A stretch of DNA of 64,000 nt from Eledone cirrhosa (taxonomy: Eukaryota), in contig OZ024740.1 in NCBI GenBank assembly GCA_964016885.1, positions 362,514,001 to 362,578,000 on the forward strand. Direction: 5' to 3'. The position numbers were made by a program, and so were the translations under genes. Below are positions 13,419 to 25,778 of this stretch, one piece after another. Under the pieces are notes generated by a model. It searched no databases, had not been told where the DNA came from, and worked only from the letters and a program-made list of their open reading frames with translations. Numbering within the stretch: position 1 is the first letter of the stretch; each line of letters starts with the position of its first letter.

Positions 13419-13554
13419 ATCGTTTCATTGGAATACCTGCCGCTTCACACCAAGAGGAACATGTACATATTTATGGTGAGGAAAATGAAGAGATGGAAGA
13501 TCAAGCCTTTTCTGAAATGTTTACTTCGGTTGGCGCTAAAGATGTCATTCAGGA
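13419..13554 (+). CDS. CRACR2A: CRACR2A-like coding exon 2
   Basis: Acceptor cttctcttgccag| and donor |GTAAG. Phase 1 in, phase 2 out. Reads (H)RFIGIPAASHQEEHVHIYGEENEEMEDQAFSEMFTSVGAKDVIQ(D), in frame with exons 1 and 3. Confidence 0.85.
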
Positions 13555-14622
13555 GTAAGATTTTATGTTATTATATATATTTTCAAGTAAATATGGCACC
13601 AAAGTACTTTTGGTGTCAATTTTGAAATTGGTAATTGTTCCAACTCTCTGCATGCTGATCACAAATCCTGTCATGATCAGCTTTGCTTTTCGTCCATTCA
13701 AGGTTGAAAAATAAAGTACCAATCCATGATGGTAGATTGGCAGAATTATTAAAGCATTGGATGGTTGCTGTGTTCTGGCACTAAGTTCAAACCTGCTACC
13801 TGTCAATGATGAAATATCGCCCAGGATTTGCAACTGGCAGATGGTATCGGTAATTGAAAGATCAGTGGAAACATTGCTTTCTTTATCCGATCTGAGAACT
13901 GGAGTCTTTCTTTTCCTTTTTTTTAGTTATTTGATATTTACATTCTGAATACAAATGCTACAGAAGGCAACTTTTCCTTTCATCTTTTTAAAGTACCATT
14001 CAAGTACTGGATCAATATAAATGTATATGCCCATATCCAAAATTTGGGGACTTGTTGCCTTTCTTATAAATCGATTATTTTATTACTACATGTGCAGTAC
14101 ATTCTGTAAAGGGATTTAGTGATAGGAAGGACATCTAGCTATTGAAAACTTTCCAAACAAAAGATTGCAAGAACTCTGAAGTTGTATCTAAGACATGACA
14201 ACCGTCCTAGTTCTGGTGCCATGATGAAATGCAGCCACTGTACTCTGTAAGTGTGGGAATGCATGTGAGATGTCCCCTGGCATATATGAGAAGTGAGTAG
14301 CTCTGATTACATACTGACATAGTTTATAATGACTTATCAAACCCTTCATAGCAGGGAAAACCATGGCTTAATGATGATGATATATATATATATATGTGTG
14401 TGTATATATATATATATATATGTCTAACCCATGCTAGCGTGGAAGATAGATGTGAAACGATGATGATATATATATATTAGTAAAGTAGAGGATCGACTGC
14501 GAGCTCAGATGGTTTTGGCTAGTATACTCTGCCTCATACCATGTATTGAGTACTACATTGATTTGTGGTCCTCCTCAGAAACACACACACACACTCTATG
14601 TCTGTCTCTCTCTCGCCCTTTT

Positions 14623-14693
<71 letters not shown>

Positions 14694-14761
14694 ATATATA
14701 TATATATATATACATACACACACACATATCTATATTTCTTTGATTTCTCTTATTGTTGCAG

Positions 14762-14920
14762 TGACTGCTCTATCAAGAATATCAAGAGTCTTTGGGTTCA
14801 GTTACGCAGAGAAGAGGATCCAGTTGGGATAGAAAACTTTGAGGAATTTTTAAGTAAAATTACCAAGGATTTAAAAAAGAAACAAGATGATTTAAAAAAT
14901 TTAGAGACTGCCTTAAAAAC
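14762..14920 (+). CDS. CRACR2A: CRACR2A-like coding exon 3
   Basis: Acceptor ttgttgcag| and donor |GTATGT; phase 2/2. Reads DCSIKNIKSLWVQLRREEDPVGIENFEEFLSKITKDLKKKQDDLKNLETALK(T); LW.QL and FE.FL motifs are typical of this family. Confidence 0.88.
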
Positions 14921-15986
14921 GTATGTATACTTGATTGACTTTTTTTCTTAATAATTTGCTATGAATAATCTATTTTAATTCTTTTGAAATCAAACTACAT
15001 AAAGTCACCCTTTTGTGCCATGATACAAAACTATGTATTTTAAGGTGTTTATATTTATTTAAAAACTTTCCATCATGATTTCATGTAAGAAGTTTTTAGT
15101 TATATTTCAAACAGCAGCTTAACTATTTGATAACAAACTGCCTGAAACTGCTCCTAGTTCTATGATACAATATTGTAGATTTTAAAGTGTTTATAAAAAA
15201 AAAACCTTCAATTATAATGTTATGTAAGAGCCTTTGTTAAGTTATATTCCAAACACCATATAAATAAGAAAGTTTCATTACCAAATCTCTCAAAATTCTT
15301 GATTATTTTCAATGTTTTTCATTAGAAATGTGTTAACAGAAGGGTTAAATTATTCAAACCATCACAATATTTGATCCTGTGATAGTTCTTTCAAGAGTTC
15401 AAATTATTATATTGTTGTTGTGTCGACATTTTGTCTCAAGATATTCTCATCTAAATGTTTAAGAATGTTGTGTGTTATGATTGTTAGTGTTTGATTACAT
15501 CTTGTACCCCTTAGTACAGCCATATGTAGGTCAATTTTTCTTTAATCTTTTAGAAAGCACTGAGCTGGTACTTTCTTTATCAACCCCCTAATATGTCCAT
15601 GAACAGGTTGATGTTGTATATCAGCCTCAAAGTGCTGATTATAAAATTAAATTTGAAAAAAAAAAATTAGTATTGGAAATTTAATCTGTTTAGAGAGTAT
15701 GTGTCCAGAGTGATGTAAAGAAACTAACACAAGGAGTGTTCTTGACACAATAAAGAGATTACTTATGACCTTGGGAAAGAGGTTAAAATAGAAAAAAATA
15801 AACGAAAGAGATATGTGAACGAATTTTAACCTTTTCATGAGTATATTTTTAAAAACTTGCACAACACTAGAATGCATCCCCCCCTCCCTCTCTATACATA
15901 TAAGATAAACCCTACCAAAATTAATCACAATCGCCAACTCACTATTTCTGGGATGGCTGTTTCCTGCGGTATAAAGTAACGTTCAA

Positions 15987-16183
15987 ATATTTTTCTCGAT
16001 TCTTCTCTCCATTCGAATCCATTCATTCAATCACTATTCTATGTCCTAATTTCACACTATATCATATTTTCACCATTCTATATCATATTTTTTCTCGATT
16101 CTTCTCTCCATTCGAATCCATTCATTCAATCACTATTCTATGTCCTAATTTCACACTATATCATATTTTCACCATTCTATATC
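15987..16183 (+). repeat. Perfect tandem duplication of ~99 bp
   Basis: atattt..tctcgattcttctctccattcgaatcc...caccattctatatc occurs twice head-to-tail. Confidence 0.9.
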
Positions 16184-16429
16184 ATATTTTTCCTCTAAAA
16201 ATCATATTTTCCCTATCACCGCATTTTCTCTATCGTATTTTCTTAAACAAAACAAATCTTGTATTTTCGTTTATTGTTAAATTATGCCCAAAATACGGCG
16301 ATCTTATCTTAAACCTTACATTCTCGCTAACAACCCATCATCCCTCCCACCCGCCCCCACGCACCACCATTATTACGTGGACCAATCATAAGTCAGAGGC
16401 CCATACTATCGCTTAACTGGTTGCTTTTC

Positions 16430-19400
16430 AATATGATGGATGGACTACGGAATTCTGGAGAGTTCTGGAGAGTTGAAGAGAGAAAAATGTGGACGCTCAG
16501 CGACAATGCCAAAGATAAAGACAAATTCACCTCGTGGACGAGAATGCAAGCACTCCGCCTTGTTTCGGCCCAGGATGGCTAACATAACCCCATCCCCCCG
16601 CGCCCCACCGCTCCCCCTCCAAACGCAATCCAAAACTTCAGAGTTGGTACCATGAATGTAGGCACCTTAAAGGGTCGCTCTAACGATGTTGTAGAAATGC
16701 TTGAACGTAAGGAGGTCGATGTTTGTTGTATTCAAGAGACCAGGTGGAGGGGAGGGTCGGCTAGATTCATCGTGGGTAAAGAACGATGCTATAAGCTTTT
16801 CTGGGTGGGAAATGACAATGGGTTGGGTGCGGTAGGAATCATGGTAGCAGAAAAGTGGGCAGATAAGATAATAGACGTAAATAGAGTGAACGACAGAATA
16901 ATTAAAATAAGACTTGTCCTCAATAAAACTACGGTGACAGTAATATCTGCGTACGCACCACAATCCGGACTGCCCGGTGCTATAAAAGACAGATTCTACG
17001 AGACACTGATGCTCGCTACCTCCCAAATAACCGACAGTGACTATATAGTTATTGCAGGGGACCTAAATGGTCATGTTGGACAATATTGTGACGGCTATGA
17101 CGGAATCCATGGAGGCTATGGGTTCGGTACTAGAAATGAGGAAGGCTCCAGAATCCTGGAATTCTGCGACGCAAATAACTTAACTATCTGTAACACTAAC
17201 TTCAAAAAACGAGACAATCACTTGATCACCTATAGATCAGGGGAACACACAAGCCAGGTAGATTATATCCTTACCAGAAGACGTGACAGAGTGTCTGTTG
17301 TTAACACTAAATCCCTCCCCCATGAAGAATTCACCTCCCAACATAGACTGATAATTAGCGACCTCATAGTCAGGACGAGACATACTAGACAGCGGAGGAG
17401 GACTATCCTCAGGAGAAAAATATGGAAGCTAAAGGACCCCATAGCCAGAGATAAATTTCAAAGCATATTACTTGACGCTTTCGACAGTAAGGAAGAGCAA
17501 TTAGAGTCGTATAATATAGAGGAACAGTGGGAATTCCTGAGAGCAAACCTGCTGACGGCGGCAGACGAAGTCTGTGGCTGGAGCAGGCCTGTAGGTAGGA
17601 GGAGAGTAACATGGTGGTGGAACAGTAAGGTGGAGGAGTCAATTAAGGCCAAAAAGCAGGCTTGGAAAGCATGGCGGGATGGGGGAAGTAGAGAAGACTA
17701 TCAAGTGGCCAGGAGGGAAGCTAGGAGACAAGTGTACTTCGCAAGAAGGGAAGCAGAGGAAAGAAAGTTCAAGCATGTTCTACAACGTGAGGACCAAAAA
17801 CGTGAGGTGTTCAGGATTGCCAGGCAATGTGTCAAGGAAAACCGTGATATTGTCGGGGAGAAGTGTGTACTTAACGATGATGGCATACTTGCCATCACCG
17901 ACGCTGATAAGAAGGTAGCTTGGAAGTGTCACTACGAAAGGCTTCTAAATGAGGAGAACAAATGGGAGAAAGACAGTCTCCCCCACATCGACCCAATAGA
18001 GGGACCAGCAGTGATAGTCCAGGGTAGTACAATAAGCAAGGCAATCAAAGATATGAAGACGGGTAAGGCGGCTGGTCCTTCGGAAATAGTTGCTGAGATG
18101 CTGAAGGCATCTGGCACGGTGGGACACACCATGGTCACCCGGATAGTTAACCAAGTCGTACAGAATGGGGTTGTTCCGAAGGACTGGCGTAGCAGCATCA
18201 TCGTTAACTGCTATAAGGGAAAAGGAGATGCCCTAGATAGGAGTAACTATAGAGGCATTAAATTAATCGACCAGGTCATGAAGGTCACGGAAAAAGTAAT
18301 AGCGCAACTAATCAGAGAGAGAATTGATCTAGATGAAATGCAGTTCGGATTTGTGTCAGGTAAAAGTACCACAGACGCTCTTTTCATTGTACGACAACTA
18401 CAGGAGAAGTACCTAGCTAAAAGTAAACCCCTATACTTAGCTTTCGTCGACTTGGAGAAAGCCTTCGACAGAGTCCCCCGTTCCATTATCTGGTGGTCTC
18501 TTAGAAAACTAGGTGTTGACGAATGGCTTGTGAGAGCTATACAAGCCATGTATAAAGAAACAGTCAGTAAGGTTAGAATTAACAACGAATATAGTGAAGA
18601 GTTTAGCGTAAAAGTTGGTGTCCATCAGGGCTCTGTTCTTAGCCCCCTACTATTTATTATTGTCCTTCAGGCTATAACAGAGGAGTTCAAGACCGGCTGC
18701 CCATGGGAACTCCTATACGCAGACGATCTAACGCTCATAGCTGAATCAATGACCGAACTAGAGAAGAAATTCCAAACATGGAAGCACGGCCTAGAATCAA
18801 AAGGCCTTAAAATTAACCTGGCTAAGACTAAAGTTCTAGTTTGTAGGAAAGAAAATAAGGCGGCAGTCCCATCTGGGAAATGGCCATGCTCAGTGTGTAG
18901 GAAAGGCGTAGGTAGAAACTCCATTTTATGTCCCAAATGCAAAGTATGGGTGCATAAAAGATGTAGTGGGATCACAGGTAAGCTAACTAAGAACATAGAT
19001 TTTACATGTGGCCGGTGCTCTGGTGCAATAAGTAGCAGCAAGTGCCCACAAAATACTAGCCCCTTCAACTGCGCAGAGGGTTCTATAGAAATAGTGGACA
19101 GCTTCCGTTACCTGGGTGACAAAATCAGCAGTGGGGGAGGGTGCTCTGAAAGTACAGTAGCTAGAGTCAGAACTGGATGGAAAAAGTTCAGAGAGCTTAT
19201 ACCACTATTAGCCGCTAGAGGGTTCTCCCTAAAAATGAAAGGCAGGTTATACGATGCCTGCATACGAACAGCAATGCTGCATGGCAGTGAGACCTGGGCA
19301 TTGTGTGCAGAGGATATACGCAGACTAGAGAGGAACGAAGCTTGCATGCTCCGCTGGATGTGCAATAGTAATATACGTGAACGGCAAAGCATAAACGAAC

Positions 19401-20175
19401 TAAGGAAAAAATTAGAAATAAGAGGGATCAGATGTTGTTTACTCGAGAGAAGGCTACGTTGGTACGGTCACGTGATGCGCATGAAAGTCGACAGCTGTAT
19501 AACAAAGTGCAGGGCAATAAAGATAGACGGTAGCCACGGAGTAGGCAGACCCAGAAAAACATGGGACGAGCTGATAAATTCCGACCTCACACGCTTACAC
19601 CTCTCCAAGACAATGTCACTGGACCGAGACCTTTGACGGTACTCAGTAATAGAGAAGACCCGCCTTACCTAAATACAAAGTAAAACCTACTACAGTCAGT
19701 AGGCATCTCTATCAAAATACACCCCCGTCCCACCACCTCCACCCCATCCACACCACCCCTTTCAATATAAAGTTATGTTGGTCCCACAACATCCAGGCCG
19801 AAACAAATGAGATCGTGTAGGTGTCACGACAAAAAAACACACAGTCCACGCTGTAAATGTGGCCGTGTAGGCAACACGGTAAAAACCTCCCAGCCCCACA
19901 CTGTAAATGTGGTTGGTGTTAGGAAGGGTATCCAGCTGTAGAAAACCCGCCAGACAGTCCACGCTGTAATGTGGTCGTGTAGGCAACACGGTAAAAACCT
20001 CCCAGCCCCACACTGTAAATGTGGTTGGTGTTAGGAAGGGCATCCAACTGTAGAAAACCCGCCAGACAGTCCTATGCGAGCAAGACAACCACTCTTGCCT
20101 CAAGTGGGAAAACCCCCGTCCAAACCCATGCAAGCGTGGAACACGGACGCTAAACCTGATGATGATGATGATGAT
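16430..20175 (+). mobile_element. Near-full-length RTE-clade LINE (lineage A)
   Basis: Short ORF1 at 16440-16655, APE-RT ORF at 16652-19636, about 500 nt of 3' UTR and a (TGA)n tail ending near 20175. The 5' boundary is approximate and no TSD was found. Confidence 0.93.
16652..19636 (+). CDS. RTE ORF2: APE endonuclease + reverse transcriptase + PHD-type zinc finger
   Basis: 994 aa. APE motifs NVGTL, CCIQET, AGDLNGH, SQVDY, SQHRL. RT motifs FVDLEKAFD, GVHQGSVLSP, YADD, FRYLG. It ends at TGA where the copy at ~56970 has TGG and continues [12 protein letters not shown]. Confidence 0.93.
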   Translation: MNVGTLKGRSNDVVEMLERKEVDVCCIQETRWRGGSARFIVGKERCYKLFWVGNDNGLGAVGIMVAEKWADKIIDVNRVNDRIIKIRLVLNKTTVTVISAYAPQSGLPGAIKDRFYETLMLATSQITDSDYIVIAGDLNGHVGQYCDGYDGIHGGYGFGTRNEEGSRILEFCDANNLTICNTNFKKRDNHLITYRSGEHTSQVDYILTRRRDRVSVVNTKSLPHEEFTSQHRLIISDLIVRTRHTRQRRRTILRRKIWKLKDPIARDKFQSILLDAFDSKEEQLESYNIEEQWEFLRANLLTAADEVCGWSRPVGRRRVTWWWNSKVEESIKAKKQAWKAWRDGGSREDYQVARREARRQVYFARREAEERKFKHVLQREDQKREVFRIARQCVKENRDIVGEKCVLNDDGILAITDADKKVAWKCHYERLLNEENKWEKDSLPHIDPIEGPAVIVQGSTISKAIKDMKTGKAAGPSEIVAEMLKASGTVGHTMVTRIVNQVVQNGVVPKDWRSSIIVNCYKGKGDALDRSNYRGIKLIDQVMKVTEKVIAQLIRERIDLDEMQFGFVSGKSTTDALFIVRQLQEKYLAKSKPLYLAFVDLEKAFDRVPRSIIWWSLRKLGVDEWLVRAIQAMYKETVSKVRINNEYSEEFSVKVGVHQGSVLSPLLFIIVLQAITEEFKTGCPWELLYADDLTLIAESMTELEKKFQTWKHGLESKGLKINLAKTKVLVCRKENKAAVPSGKWPCSVCRKGVGRNSILCPKCKVWVHKRCSGITGKLTKNIDFTCGRCSGAISSSKCPQNTSPFNCAEGSIEIVDSFRYLGDKISSGGGCSESTVARVRTGWKKFRELIPLLAARGFSLKMKGRLYDACIRTAMLHGSETWALCAEDIRRLERNEACMLRWMCNSNIRERQSINELRKKLEIRGIRCCLLERRLRWYGHVMRMKVDSCITKCRAIKIDGSHGVGRPRKTWDELINSDLTRLHLSKTMSLDRDL

Positions 20176-21494
20176 AAGCAGCAAAAATACAGCAGGGACA
20201 TTTAATTCAATAATTCTAACAACTGCTAAATTGCCATCTTTATAATACTCATTGGTTGTTGGTTCAATACATGGACCATGCAGTGCATTGTATTCTTGAG
20301 CAAATCACTTTAATTCATTCTGCTCTTTCTGCCAGTTGTTATGACTGGCAGATAGTATCAGTAATGTAAAGACCGATCTGATTATCTACTCCTTTCTTTT
20401 CCTTTTCGTGTGGTGAACCAAAATTCGAAATAAATTGTTGAGAGCTTCTGGGACCCCTTTGTAAATATGTTTGAGTACCAGGATAAGGAGAAAACTCAGG
20501 TGGTTTGATAGAGAAATTCAGGTTAAGTTAGAAGCTTCAGTGATTAAAAGAAGGTAAATTAGCTGGCTTGAGTGATCTCCCTTATTAAATTATAATTGCC
20601 AATTTTTTTTTACTTCAATCTTGATTAATGTTTATCATAGTATATGTCAAACAACAAAATCATTCCCTCATATCAAGAGATAGCTAAATAACGAGAAAAT
20701 TATTATGATTCTAATAATTTCAATATTTAACATAACGTGTTGTTTGTAGATAGCCTTGCTGTCACCTGCGGTATTGCCATGGATGCTTTGGCTTGCCCTC
20801 AAAACATTTTAGAAGGTAACACTAGTATTCCCTGTTGTAGAGTGTAATTGAGGGACCTGTCATAGTGTACTTTGGTCTGCTTCAAAATATTTAAAAAGAG
20901 AACAGTATTTCCTCATGTCTGTAACCCAGTATCACCCACAGAAATTCTGTGAATGTCTCAACTTACCTTAAAATATTTTTCCTGTTGTGTGCAAAATGGA
21001 GTGAGCATGTCATCTTTTCACTTCTTTCTTACTCGTTTTTTATTGATTTCTTTCTTTTGTAAATCATTTATTTATTTTTCACATCGTATAACTTGTATTT
21101 ATATCTGTGAGTGTGTGATTCTCAGATAGGAGGCACTTGACCTTTGGGGGTGGAATTTTATCCCAGGGAGTAATTGTGGAGGATGTTAGTAAAGAGGGGA
21201 ATTCAAACTAGGAAAGAATAGTGTATGTAATTTTGTATATATCAAATGAAATAGCAATATACCCAACTATAAAGCATATTGATGGTCGGTTTTGTTTTTT
21301 GACCCCCCCCCCCCCCCCTCCCCATTTTTTTCTTTATCTTGCTCTGGTCATACATTCTGGTGTATTGTATTTGTGAGGTTCCTAGTAATAGTAAATCATA
21401 TTTGTTGTTATATGTGTTTATATTTTCTTCTAAAAAATAAATGTGAGCAATGTGTAATGTTATTTATGTATATATATAAAACTTAAAATCAATT

Positions 21495-21660
21495 AAAATA
21501 CCAATATACCCAACTATAGCGAACATTGTGTATATATCACATGAAATACCAATATGACCAACTATAAAGTACATTTTGTATATATACCATATGAAATAAC
21601 AATATAACCAACTATAGAGTATATATCATGAAATACCAATATAACCAACTATAGTGTATA
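21495..21660 (+). repeat. AT-rich ~35-50-bp minisatellite
   Basis: Repeated ATGAAATACCAATATA.CCAACTATA; one isolated unit at ~21245. Confidence 0.75.
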
Positions 21661-23619
21661 TTATGTATATATATATATCAAATGATATATATATACATAA
21701 TAAGGGTGCCACAAAACAGTTCATATAAAAATCCAAAATGTATTTGCTTTCATAAATTGTTTTAATAATTAACACTGTAAAAGTATATTGGTGAAAAAAA
21801 TTACTAGGTGACAATTACAAATGGAGGCAGAATCTAGGAAACATGGGATCATATGGGGAGGAATTTTACCTGAGGCTTTTATTAAAATATGACACGTAGA
21901 CAATCGTTAAATAAGATGAAATAATTAGCGATGGAAGGGAAGCAACTCATATTTTCATTTCACATACCGTTTTTATATATACATATAGCTAATTTTTGTA
22001 AGAGACAATGCTGATTGAAACATGCATACATTCTTCTTGCTTTAGATTTTTTCGTCCCTTTCTAAGGAAACGGTAAATATAACTCTATAAGGAAGTAACC
22101 TCTTAATAGCAAAGTTCAGTAAAGAATCAAGCTTATTGTTTTTAGTTAGGTTTTTAACCTTTTTCATATCTAACCATCTGAACTATGCCTGGTTCTAAGA
22201 TACAAAGCTGTTTATTTTAAAGTGTTTGTATTTATTTTAAATCCTTCCATCACAATTTTATGTTATAACCCTTGTTCAAAATACCAGCTTAATAATGAGA
22301 AAGTTAGTTATTTTAATAAAACCTTTGAAATTCTTCATCATTATCATTAGAAATGAGATAACAAAAGGATTAATGTTCACGGCATTAAATATGTTAACTC
22401 TAACTAAACTCTTGGTTATATATTGATATTTACTTATCATCTTTCAATAAACAGTTCAAACCAGGAAGATTTAGTTTAAGTTTTAACATCTAGCAGAAAA
22501 TACTTTAAAATAGTTTTGTTAATTTAAATGTTTATATTATCGTTACTTGTGAACATTCCTAAAAGTATACAGTATTAGAATAAAGACTTTGATTTTTACT
22601 GCGAAAGAACCATAGTGTTGTTTTGTATTTTTCAAGAATGTTTTGCTAATGTGGTTTCATGTTGTTTCTTCATTTAAATGTTTATAGTATCTTCACTTGT
22701 GGAAAAATCCTTATGAAAATTTGCAGTATGAGAATATAGAATATATTTTTAATGTAATGCAGCCATAGAATTGTTTTGTACTTTACTAGAATGTCTCTGT
22801 AATGTAGTTTCGTGTGATACAAAACATTGAGTTAATCATCTTTTGACATGCACACTCATAAGGCAGTATCATATATTTTTTGTTACTTAAATAATATATA
22901 ATGAATACCAGTATAGGAAGTTCATAAAGTTTATTAGAATCGTTAGTGTCCAACAAAACATTTTTTTTTATTTGTTAAGGTTGGATTGTTTTTAATTTGT
23001 GTTACATGAGTCATTCACTTTTCTTGTGATTGGTGAAAGCATTAAATGTTAAAACAATGTTTATGATGGGTTAGGGGAAAATGACATGTACTGCCATAGA
23101 ACTGATGGAGCTCTGACTGGCCATTCAGTTGACTTGATTGGTTATACTGATCCATCATGAGGTGAAGGGATGTTGTGAGTATGTGGATTTGTGATGAATA
23201 GTTGTGATAAAGTAATGGTCAATCAATTTAATCCTTTGGATACTAAACCACCTGAAATTGCTCATGTATATTTATCTAAAAATCTTCCATCAGAATCTTC
23301 TGTAAGAACTTTTGTTGTTTTAGATATCAGCTTAATGAAAAAGTTATATTACAGAACTCCTCCAAATTTTCCATTATTTGAAAATCATAGACTGTTTTTC
23401 ATTACAAATATGGCTATGTGCTCAAGAAGTTTGCTTCACAGTAATGTGGTGGCAGGTCCACTCCCACTGTGTGGCACATTGGGGAAGATGTCATAGCATG
23501 AATTTAAGACTCATCTAACTTATACCAGTTTGTATTAAAAAATCATTAAAGTGCAGATACTGCTCTTGTTGTGCTTCTATTGTCTAACGGTATTAATGCT
23601 AAACTATTAATCAATTTTA

Positions 23620-25778
23620 TGTCAAAAACCAGAACCATCTCCAATCTGCTTGCTTTGATTGGAAGAAAGTAGATTGGAACTTGTACTGCACTGAGCTACA
23701 GCGCCCAAACTGGCATGAGTTCTATAACTCTGGAGATGTGAACACTATACTTCTGAGCATCCTGGACTCAATATAGATAGCGTGTGCAGCATCGGTGTCA
23801 CGTAAGCAGAAAAAAAACCCACCCCAAAAGTGCAATTTGGGAAACTTCAGCGGTCCGACTTGCCAGGAAAGAACATCGGAACGCTGAACGGGAATATAAA
23901 CTGCATAAATCAGATGCCAACAGAAAAAAGCGGAATAAATCTTCCAACCATCTCAAGCAAGTGACAAAAAAAGCAGTGCTTGAATTTGAACAGTGCATAG
24001 CAACCAATCCTGACAGTAAGGTGTTCTGGAAATATGTTCATTCAAAGCAGAGACCTCACTCTCCAGTTAGTCCTCTTCGCAATCCCCACACAAGCCAGTT
24101 CACTGACGATCCCAAAGAATGCGCAGAACTCATTGCTGAGTGCTATGCAAGCATTTTTACTGTTGAAAACCAGAATGTACTATCTCCACCGTCTCTAACA
24201 TCAAATTCCATAACAACTATGGAATTTACACCTGCAATGTTGCGACGTCACCTTAAGAATAAGCGCAACTATGCCTCCCCAGGTTTTGATGGTGTTACAT
24301 ACCTGTTTCTCAAACGTGGCGGGTACTTCCTTTTGCACCAGCTTTCTTTCTTCTTTCAATACTGTCTCAACAATGGTGCTAGTACGGAGCAGTGGAAAAC
24401 TGCCAGTGTCATTCCCCTGTTCAAAAAGGGCGACCACACATCACCTGTCAACTATCGTCCAGTCAGTCTTACTAGCTGTATTGCCAAACTGATGGAATCC
24501 TGTGTCAGAGAAATACTTTGGAACTTCTGGAGCTCTCACAGTCTCATCCGGCCCTCGCAGTTTGGATTTATCCCTAACTCCAGCTGCTGTTATCAGCTTA
24601 TCGAGTTCCTTGAAGACATTACCCAGATCACTGACAGCGGCTCATGGGTGGATGTTGTTTACCTTGACTTCGCTAAGGCTTTTAATTCTGTGCCACACAA
24701 AAGACTTATGACAAAACTCTCTGCAATGGGTGTGAGGGATGATCTTTTTAACTGGTTGAAATCCTTCATTCTCAGCTGAAAAGAGGTAGTCACAGTTCTA
24801 GGACAGCATTCTTCACCATATGAGATGTCATTTGGTGTACCACAGGGATCTGTTCTTGGTCCCCTTTTGTTTGTGGCATATATTAATGACATAGATGCCA
24901 ACTTAAAGAATGCCACGGTACTAAAATATGCAGATGACATCAAGCTGTACCTTGAAATCAAAAGGACTGATCCTGAAATCTACAACTCTCTCCTACAGTC
25001 AAACCTGGACACAATGCAGCAATAGATCACAGAGTGGCAACTGAAGCTGGCTGTGGACAAGTGTACCACCATGCATTTTGGGAGGAAAATCCAGCGTCCA
25101 CATACTCCCTCCACAACACTGATATCAAGAAGTCTTCTTGTGAACGTGACCTGGGCATTACTGTCAATAGCGATTTGCGTTGGACAAAGCGTGTCTCTAA
25201 GATTGTCAAGAAGGCCGAGGGTGTCTTGGTATCACTCAGCAAGACCTTTGTTAGCCGCTCTCCAGCCATCTATTTAAAGCTGTATACAGCTATGGTACGA
25301 CCACACTTGGAATTTGCATCATCAGTCTGGAACCCCTATCTTGCTCAGAACATTGACCTCCTGGAAACTGTTCAGAGACGTGCAACCAAGCGCATACCCT
25401 CCATCAGACACCTACCATACTCTGAACGCCTTGCTTCCCTGAGCATGGATTCATTGAAGCTCTGACGTCTGGCAATGGACTTGGTAAACACCCACAAAGT
25501 TATTAACCATCTCGCCAACAACAACCCTGAGCACCTTTTTTGATCTCCATGTGTCTAACACATGTGGACATGCCTACAAAATCAGAAAACAGCACAGCTC
25601 CCATGACTTTCGGAAACATTTTTTCACGCTCAGAGTTGCTGAAGCATGGAACAAACTGCCTGCGTCAGTTGTTAGCTGCTGAGACACTGCATCCTTTAAA
25701 ACCCTCATGCTTCCCAAAATTCGCCAAAACTATACAGTGAAATAATGCCAAAAGAATGTATGGTGATAATGATGATGA
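23620..25778 (+). mobile_element. 5'-truncated CR1-clade LINE, pseudogenised RT
   Basis: Motifs NYRPVSLTS, DVVYLDFAKAFNSVPH, GVPQGSVLGPLLF..YIND, YADDIKLY, RPHLEFASSVWNPY and LETVQRRATK. In-frame stops and frameshifts are present. Confidence 0.9.

Noticed and set aside
13428-13625. ORF-track frame for exon 2
   Set aside because: It is the wrong frame; splice phases give the acidic HRFIG...KDVIQD reading.
19785-19820. GGCCGAAAC in the RTE 3' UTR as a hammerhead
   Set aside because: There is no CUGANGA box and no stems around it.
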